From Lytechinus pictus (taxonomy: Eukaryota): DNA of 60,000 nt. Of this stretch, positions 53,312 through 60,000 are shown piece by piece. Each line of letters opens with the position of its first letter. Within the stretch, counting starts at the first letter, position 1. Location of the stretch: contig NC_087245.1 in the NCBI RefSeq assembly GCF_037042905.1, positions 12,464,001-12,524,000 on the forward strand, written 5' to 3'. A program made the position numbers and the translations under genes. The notes beneath the pieces were generated by a model. It saw only the letters and a list, made by a program, of their open reading frames with translations, was not told the DNA's origin and did no database searches.

Positions 53312-53472
53312 AGAAGAAAAAAACAGGGAAATAGATGGCTGGAAGGAATTACTAAAGAAACTGGAAAATCTTTGAGAACCTAGTACGCTTTCACAGGATA
53401 GAACAGCATGGAGAAAGTTTGTCCTTGGGGTCACCAGGAGTCACAAACGACTCAATGGCACTCAACATCAAC
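53312..53472 (+). mobile_element. 3' end of an RTE-clade LINE
   Basis: Frameshifted translation RWLEGITKETGKSL..QDRTAWRKFVLGVTRSHKRL is typical of RTE/BovB C-termini; GGGGTCACCAGGAGTC..ACGACT tail motif. Confidence 0.7.
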
Positions 53473-53611
53473 CAAATAGAAATTAGAAGACTTATGAAAT
53501 TATCTAGAATTTCCGCTATTGTACATTGAAGAAAAGGAAAAATCTCTGACCCTGTGGTATAAATAATTTAAAAATAACGCTCTATAGGACATCAAGTCAT
53601 TAATATCTCAC

Positions 53612-53767
53612 CTTCCTCAGATCATATTCATCAATACTATGTATACCAGCTTTGAGTATGGCCTGATCCATTGCTATCATAAGGCTTGCATGAGTTGAGA
53701 GTCGTTTCCTAAGGGAAGGGCTAGCTGCCAAGAACACCCACTGGGAATGAAGCTTGCATAGATTTTT
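53612..53767 (-). CDS. LETMD1: LETMD1-like coding exon
   Basis: TTTCAG| KNLCKLHSQWVFLAASPSLRKRLSTHASLMIAMDQAILKAGIHSIDEYDLRK |GTGAGA; 156 nt, phase 0-0. Confidence 0.9.
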
Positions 53768-53897
53768 CTGAAAAACAAGGAAAATACACCAAATTACAAT
53801 TTTACCACAACGTAAATTGACAGCTATGGGAAAGAAATGAATAAATGAATAAACAGAGCTTCTAAACTGGTAGACCAAAGATTTCTTTGGTTGGCCA

Positions 53898-53973
53898 TTT
53901 CCTAAGGGACGGGCTAGCTGCCAAGAACACCCATTGAGAATGAAGCTTGCATAGATATTTCTGAAACACAAGG
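53898..53973 (-). repeat. Tandem duplicate of the acceptor plus first 63 nt of exon 53612-53767
   Basis: Near-identical to 53705-53780. Confidence 0.9.
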
Positions 53974-54330
53974 CTGTGAGGTCAGTCAAACATATTATGG
54001 GAATGAAAAATTCTACAGGAGAAGAAATTATATATATCTAATATTTTATATGACTCATCATGGGATGGATTCAACCATTGAATATATCAAATAGGCACAA
54101 TCAATTTCACATCATTATCGATGCAATTTAATCAAATTAGAAATCAGAATATTCTTTTCTGAATTTGGGGTCAGAGTGAATGTTATTTTTAAATGAGTAC
54201 CTCATAATTTACTTCCTATTTACTTCCTTTTTTCTCATTAAGATTCTACAAGTTGAGCATCAGAAATAAATAGGAATAGCGCTTGTCCAAAAAAGGTAAA
54301 TGAAAACCAAAGTAGCCGTTTTGGTTAAAA

Positions 54331-55117
54331 TAGTGCTGTTATCGCTAGTCCTGTCGATAATCGCATGTTTTTGCCACTTAGCAATTATCGATAACCTTTC
54401 TCTTGTTGTCAATAATACTCGCTATTATGTAATACAGTAAAGTTCCTCCGCATTCGCACATATACATGGGGAAACCCCACCTCAAATGGCCAGTAATAAC
54501 GGTCTAATTGCTTCAGCTGTTAGCGATGTTGTTGCAATGAGGCTGTCTCGCACACCACAGAAGTTTCATACGTTGATGAACTCGACGGCAATGATTGGTT
54601 ATTCCAAGGAGTTACCAGCACTAACTTATTCATTGGGCTGCGCTGGATACAACCAATCAATGACAGCTCTGGATGTTCACGAGCGCGTGCACGAGGGCTG
54701 GCCTCTGCAACCCGGGTAGATTTGGGAATCATAAATATTAATTCATTACCACAACAAGAGATTTAGTAAACAACATGGTGACTTTACAGCCTCACAGATT
54801 AATTTCTTTCATTTAGTTTGTTTGGGTGTTATTCGTTTCGTCATGTTCGTAACTTCAGGAAAGTAAACAAGTTCGACTGACACTGACAATGCACAATCTG
54901 TGTCACCAGCTATGCTATGTTGGCGTCGCCCAAGCCTAGCCTAAAGCTATGGTACCAACGTGGACGGGATGCAGCCTTGCCCAAACTGCCATGGCGCATT
55001 CAATTTTACCTCGAACCGGCCTACTAATAAAATGTTCTTTTGTTGATAGTTGTAGATATCGGTAATATATTTTTACTGATATATCGACAGAGAATTTTCT
55101 TACCGATAACAGCACTA
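54331..55117. mobile_element. hAT-like non-autonomous element
   Basis: TIRs TAGTGCTGTTATCG / CGATAACAGCACTA; perfect 8-bp TSD GGTTAAAA. Confidence 0.85.
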
Positions 55118-55426
55118 GGTTAAAAAAAAGTTGGGCAGCCTGGTTTTTAAAGAAAGAATCTGACAAGGAGTGTCATAAATAATAATAATAATTGGCATTC
55201 ATATAGCGCCATCTATCTAGAAATATTCTATTCCGAGGCGCACAAGAATAGAAAGAATTAGAAAGTTTAGATGAGTGTCAAAGTGCCAATAACTAATACT
55301 GTTAAAAAAGATAAGACTTCAGTTTAGATTTGAAGGTCTCCAGTGATGGTATAATTCTTAAATAAGCTTTCTATTTCTTGAAATAGTCATTGATAATTCT
55401 TGACATGATCTTGGTTATATACTAAC

Positions 55427-55522
55427 CAAATAATTTCTTGAGAGTGACTTGAGAGATGTCTGTTGACTAAACAGAGGCTGAAAAGACAGAAGCTCAGATG
55501 CACTCAAAGGTTGCTTCTCCAT
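55427..55522 (-). CDS. LETMD1: LETMD1-like coding exon
   Basis: TTTTATAG| MEKQPLSASELLSFQPLFSQQTSLKSLSRNYL |GTTAGT; 96 nt, phase 0-0. Confidence 0.85.
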
Positions 55523-56059
55523 CTATAAAATAGAACGTTCAAGAGAAAAAAATAATTACAATTCTACAGGATTTATAAACAAGTTAATAGACTGATGATT
55601 TTTCCTTAATGAACAAAAAGATAAAGCTATATTACATCTACAGTAAAACCGAAAATAAAAATAATTCTTATTTTTGCAACAGTTTGATAGCTATTGTTTG
55701 ATGTGTATATATAGTGGATTCATCCACTAACATGAATTTGAAATATATTTTAATGAATGAGGATTGATGGCAAAGAAAACAATGTACTGATAGGTATATT
55801 ATAAAGTAAATCTAAATATATGTAAAGTATAATCATGTTGAGTTGATGAAAATTCTCCTCACTCAACCCAGTCAAAGTCAGCCATACGAGATTGTTGTAA
55901 GTAGTTGGAATTCAACAGCAACTTCAATCACATTATCCTGATCTGGCTAGATGGCAAAATTGAGCTCATAATATCAATAATGCACAAGAGGCCTTTCAAC
56001 ACAGAAAAAATGGGAAATTATATCAGCTGCTAAATTGTCAGTGATATAATACTGACTAC

Positions 56060-56252
56060 CTGATTTCCAGCTATTCTATGATGTAAAGATTCAGAAAGTT
56101 CAGATGTGGGTTTCTTCTTTAGTCTTTTATCAAGTCTCTTGAGTATTAATGGATAGAGTCGACGTCTCTTCTTGCTGTTTTCCTGGTGGTTGCTAGATAC
56201 ATCTTCTTGGGTTATAAAGTGGTCTGATAAAAAGATCCTCTGGAAATATAAT
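56060..56252 (-). CDS. LETMD1: LETMD1-like coding exon
   Basis: TGCAG| (V)LYFQRIFLSDHFITQED..RRRLYPLILKRLDK..AGNQ |GTAGTC; resembles the YLFPRQLL..HFWT region of LETMD1. Confidence 0.85.
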
Positions 56253-56874
56253 CTGCATTGGAAGAAGAAAGAAACGGCAATTCAAGAAAGCAAACATCAA
56301 TTAACCTATATACAGTATTGCAACTGTTACATTTTCAAGGGCATGTTAATACCAGAATTTAGTTTTGAGGTACAGTTGGAGTCAATTATTTACATTCACC
56401 AGGGAAACACCCCCTCCCTCATCATATAATCTAGTTAGGCCTAGGTCTTTCTGGTATTTTGTCTTCAGGTACCCGTAGTAATTTTCGGGTGGGTACCCGG
56501 GTACCCGAAAATCATGTCGCATGAAATATGACTGGTGGAAAAACCCCATAGGTGACGTCATCCAGCCACTGCGCCGCAAGCCAATTTATGAATGAAAATA
56601 AAGTAAGCAGTGCAAGCCTCCCGTGCATGCCCCACGCGCAGTATTCCATCGAAACAAGTCTGTATTTTTTTTTATACTCTGTCACCTCGTACCAAAATCG
56701 ACCTAGAATTCCACTTTCCTTTATTTAATATGAATTGTGAAAGGTATTCTCGGAGGATCTGTTTTCTCACCGATACCACACAGGTAAACAAATTTTGATT
56801 ACTTCTTGCTTTTGCAAATGTAAGGATCATAAGGTAACTTAAGAAAAGCATGATCCACATTTAGCCACAGGAAG

Positions 56875-56960
56875 CCCTATCACGGTGTAATAGTTCTGAC
56901 ATGCATCTCTTTAATCAGAGGACATGGGTTCAAAATCCTACTCCAGGCATTAATTTCATT
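56875..56960 (+). mobile_element. tRNA-like SINE head fragment
   Basis: A-box-like GGTGTAATAGTTCTG and B-box-like GGGTTCAAAATCC followed by GGCATTAATTTC, similar to the 33427 SINE head. Confidence 0.4.
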
Positions 56961-57135
56961 ATCTTTTACCTTTCAATTCTACAATTGCTGCACAGAAAAT
57001 ACGGGATGATAGAAGCCACTGTGAAATTCTGCAAGTAGCAGAGCAAAGGATACAATTATTGTCAAGGTATCCATTATGCAACACTTTAATAGTGTTATTC
57101 TAGATATTTTTGCTGCAGATTAAACTATTACTTAC

Positions 57136-57218
57136 ACAACTGGTAAAGTGACATAGTACACAAAGGGTATGTTGACTATAACCAGCACCGGGAGAACCTT
57201 AGCGACATCCTGTTTCAT
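57136..57218 (-). CDS. LETMD1: LETMD1-like coding exon (transmembrane segment)
   Basis: CTCAG| MKQDVAKVLPVLVIVNIPFVYYVTLPV |GTAAGT; LETM1-type D..K..P....IPF hydrophobic helix. Confidence 0.9.
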
Positions 57219-57604
57219 CTGAGGTATCAAAAAAAGATAGTGAAACAAATATAATCAATCAAATACATACAGAAAATAACATTTGTCTACAAAATAAGTC
57301 AGATAATTTTAACTATATTTAGGTATTTTAAGTTGATTATCCTCTATAAATATTATATTATTCCTGCTCTTTCAACCTCTCTCACTATCTCTGTATTTAT
57401 ATCATATCTATTGTTATCTTTGTCTCCCCCTCCTTCCTCCTCTCTCCCTTTCTCTTGCTGTCTCTCTATCCCTCTTGCTCTCTCTCTCTATCTCTCTGAT
57501 TTCCCCTTTTCTGTTTATGTACTATATAATCAATTTGTTATTTACAAGCTGTTTATTTACCATACAATTTCCCATTTGTAATATTTACTGATGGTAATAC
57601 TGAC

Positions 57605-57720
57605 CTGCATCTTCTTGTAGAGATCTTTCCATTCAAGGTCTTCCAGTTTCACTTCCTTATTCTTCAGTCTCTTGTTCAGGGAATACACAAAGCGGAAGTC
57701 TTGAACAAAATCTGTTGCAC
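57605..57720 (-). CDS. LETMD1: LETMD1-like coding exon
   Basis: GAAG| GATDFVQDFRFVYSLNKRLKNKEVKLEDLEWKDLYKKMQ |GTCAGT; phase 1-0. Confidence 0.85.
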
Positions 57721-58327
57721 CTTCAAAGCAAAGTTTTAATTCAATATTGAACAAAAAATAAGAATGAAAAAAAAATAGCATCCTATTTTATTCATCACTT
57801 CAAGGATTTGATATACAACTATTAAACACAAAGTTGCATGAGAGTTCACTTCCCAGACAATTCATGACTCTAGATAATTTCTGAAGACAAAACCTTCCGG
57901 ACTCGCACAATACATCATTACATAAACATTCTGCCTATATTTTCAGAGCAAGTAAATAAACACAAGATGGTAAATCTTCTTTTTTTAATTGGTACTTCTA
58001 GTAAAGGGATAGATCTTTATTTAAACAATCTAATGAATTTTAAATTCTAGATTTTAGAAATTAGATATGATCTCCGACTATACCAAATAATATTCAAAAT
58101 TATCAAATAAGATTTTCATTTAATTGAATCTAACTAAAGATTAGAAACTGAATCATTTCATGGGTGGGTAAAAATTCATTATGGCTGTGTTTCTTGAAAC
58201 CATCACAGGTCTTCCTGAACAATCAACAGATACAGTATTTCCAACATAAACTTGCATTTTAATTAACCTAATGATGGTCTCATGAAACATGTCTTCAGTA
58301 AAGATTGAGAAAAACTGAAGCACAAAC

Positions 58328-58542
58328 CATCTACAAATCGTTCATAGAAGACACGGGCCTTGGGAGAGACCTTGTTTAGAAACCAGATAGTGCCATGGTG
58401 CATCTTTAATGCTATGACTTTGATGATCCCTGCTTTTGGCTTCTCTTCATCTCCCTTGCCTTGTTGATCTCCATCTGATTTAAGGCTAGATGATGGAGTA
58501 CTGATAGTCCGGCATGAAGCAGTCAGTCGCCTGTACTTGATG
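58328..58542 (-). CDS. LETMD1: LETMD1-like coding exon (N-terminal region)
   Basis: CAATAG| IKYRRLTASCRTIST..WFLNKVSPKARVFYERFVD |GTTTGT; open 215 nt, in phase with the next exon; Arg/Ser/Thr-rich start resembles a mitochondrial presequence. Confidence 0.8.
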
Positions 58543-58819
58543 CTATTGATTGAATGAAAAAAAATGAAAATATTGCTTGTAAACTACTATATTCCACTCC
58601 TAGTACCAATGAGGTCCGAACATTACATGTATGGACCTCATAGGCAACATAAGTGATAAAACCGGTTAGACGTTGCCGTTTCTATTTGCACCCAAGGACT
58701 TTGGCAAATGCACGCCTTAATACAAATTGGATGGTAAACATTTTGGTATGAATTAGTTCTTAACATCATAAATAATCTTTTACAATGTTTAAAGGTAATG
58801 GATCGAGGTTAAACTTACA

Positions 58820-59209
58820 TTTTCAGTCTTTTTTCTTGAATTCTTGGTGAGCGTTCCAAACGCTGTGAGGACTGATCAACTCCGATGTGATTCACGTACT
58901 GGTCAGCTGATCGGTCAGGTGATCGGTTGGTTATCTTTTTGTCAGACGTTCATAATTTATATTATAATATATCACAGAACAAAGAATTGATAAATGTCCA
59001 TATAGACCCCCGAGATAAGATTTATAAACCACTTCAATGAATATAACATCTCTGTTATGCCCCTGCACAGACTCGTCTACATTGATTTCGATATTTAAGC
59101 GTCATTATAAAATTATAACAAAATGAACGCCTTGATTAAAGGCCATAAAGCCTAGAGACTCGCGAGCGTCATGTGACAACTCGCCCTGGATTTGCATGTA
59201 CAGGATCCT
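58820..59209. promoter_or_regulatory. Candidate bidirectional promoter region
   Basis: CpG-richer interval between a minus-strand donor (AAAT|GTAAGT at 58819/58818) and a plus-strand ATG exon at 59210. Confidence 0.4.
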
Positions 59210-59282
59210 ATGGCGACAACAGCCGCGCAAGAGTTGGCCAGAAGAGGCGATGAAATCACAAAATTTGGAAAGAAAAGAACCG
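59210..59282 (+). CDS. Probable first coding exon of an unidentified divergent gene (MATTAAQELARRGDEITKFGKKRT)
   Basis: ATGGCG start context, open frame, strong donor CG|GTGAGT; no downstream exon recognised in the window. Confidence 0.55.
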
Positions 59283-59619
59283 GTGAGTACCCATTTTACA
59301 TTATAATTAGGAAATTAATAAGATTATAATGAATAAGTTAGACCTAAATTTAGGCCGTAATTTATATGAATGGGCTGGAAATTCAAGGCCAAAACGTACC
59401 TGTCTGGCGTCGCCTTTTCCAACACGCATTGGAATAGCGGTGTCGCCCCAGAGTGCTATATTCCACTGTAAAGATGAGCTGATCACCAAGCTGTTTTAAA
59501 GTTATGCATGTTTTGAAGGACATGAATATTGAGAGTTTTCAACAGAGGTCTGGTCCAATACCAAGAAACAATGATTTTTAGAAAAATGATATTGAACAAA
59601 TTTAAACCAAGCAAATCAA

Positions 59620-59690
59620 TAACAGAAATGTAGATTCTAGATTCTAGACTATCTTAGATAGTCTAGAATCTAGAATCTACATTTCTGTTA
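59620..59690. repeat. Perfect palindrome, 35-bp arms with 1-nt spacer
   Basis: TAACAGAAATGTAGATTCTAGATTCTAGACTATCT-T-AGATAGTCTAGAATCTAGAATCTACATTTCTGTTA. Confidence 0.95.
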
Positions 59691-60000
59691 ATTGATACCT
59701 AGGCCTACTAGATAGTATCTAGTAGGTACCATATTGCTTAATAAAAGCAAATTTCATTCATTTAATACTATTCAATATCTGCATTAGATCGCATCAGATC
59801 GATCCACTCACACTAGTGAGAGGTTAATATTAGTATTTTTTAAAAGATCGACCAAGACAGTCTACACTCCCTACAGAGTAATTACACAGCACAAAATTCA
59901 AGGTATGGGACTGGATTACAAATCGGGTCTACTATAAAGAGTAATGATACATACTTAGACCAGTAAGACTGCCGTTTCAATGAAGATTCAATATGACAAA

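Larger units (their letters stand above)
51582..58542 (-). other. LETMD1: LETMD1-like gene model (8 traced coding exons, about 361 aa plus unresolved N-terminus)
   Basis: All introns GT-AG with consistent phases; the protein aligns by eye along its length with LETM1-domain-containing protein 1. Confidence 0.85.

Noticed and set aside
59210..59282. Assigning a gene name (faint resemblance to the LRRC20 N-terminus)
   Set aside because: 24 residues are insufficient and no second exon was recognised.

Overview
AT-rich, intron-rich, repeat-dense animal genomic DNA. The repeat families and gene style suggest an echinoderm, probably a sea urchin; this is an inference. Two spliced genes converge tail-to-tail. 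(1) On the + strand is a CSRNP/Axud1-family cysteine-serine-rich nuclear protein with coding exons 23723-24050, 29074-29217 and 35772-38383 (1027 aa) and a probable non-coding first exon ending at 329. (2) On the - strand is a LETMD1-like mitochondrial protein with eight coding exons traced from 58542 to 51582; its start is unresolved. A probable first coding exon of a third, divergent gene lies at 59210-59282 (+). Introns hold many non-autonomous DNA transposons (hAT-like with 8-bp TSDs, TTAA-flanked Kolobok-like, Academ-like, Harbinger-like, Helentron-like, Crypton-like), tRNA-SINEs, an RTE LINE tail and two minisatellites. Main observations: (a) 6-bp TA-anchored palindromic insertions (TACATGTA, TAGGCCTA, TACTAGTA) are demonstrable against sibling repeat copies and look like Tc1/mariner excision footprints. 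(b) The CSRNP-LETMD1 arrangement matches human CSRNP2-LETMD1. (c) A LETMD1 half-exon is duplicated with an intact acceptor. (d) A two-hairpin element architecture recurs. Most ORFs in the supplied track are spurious.
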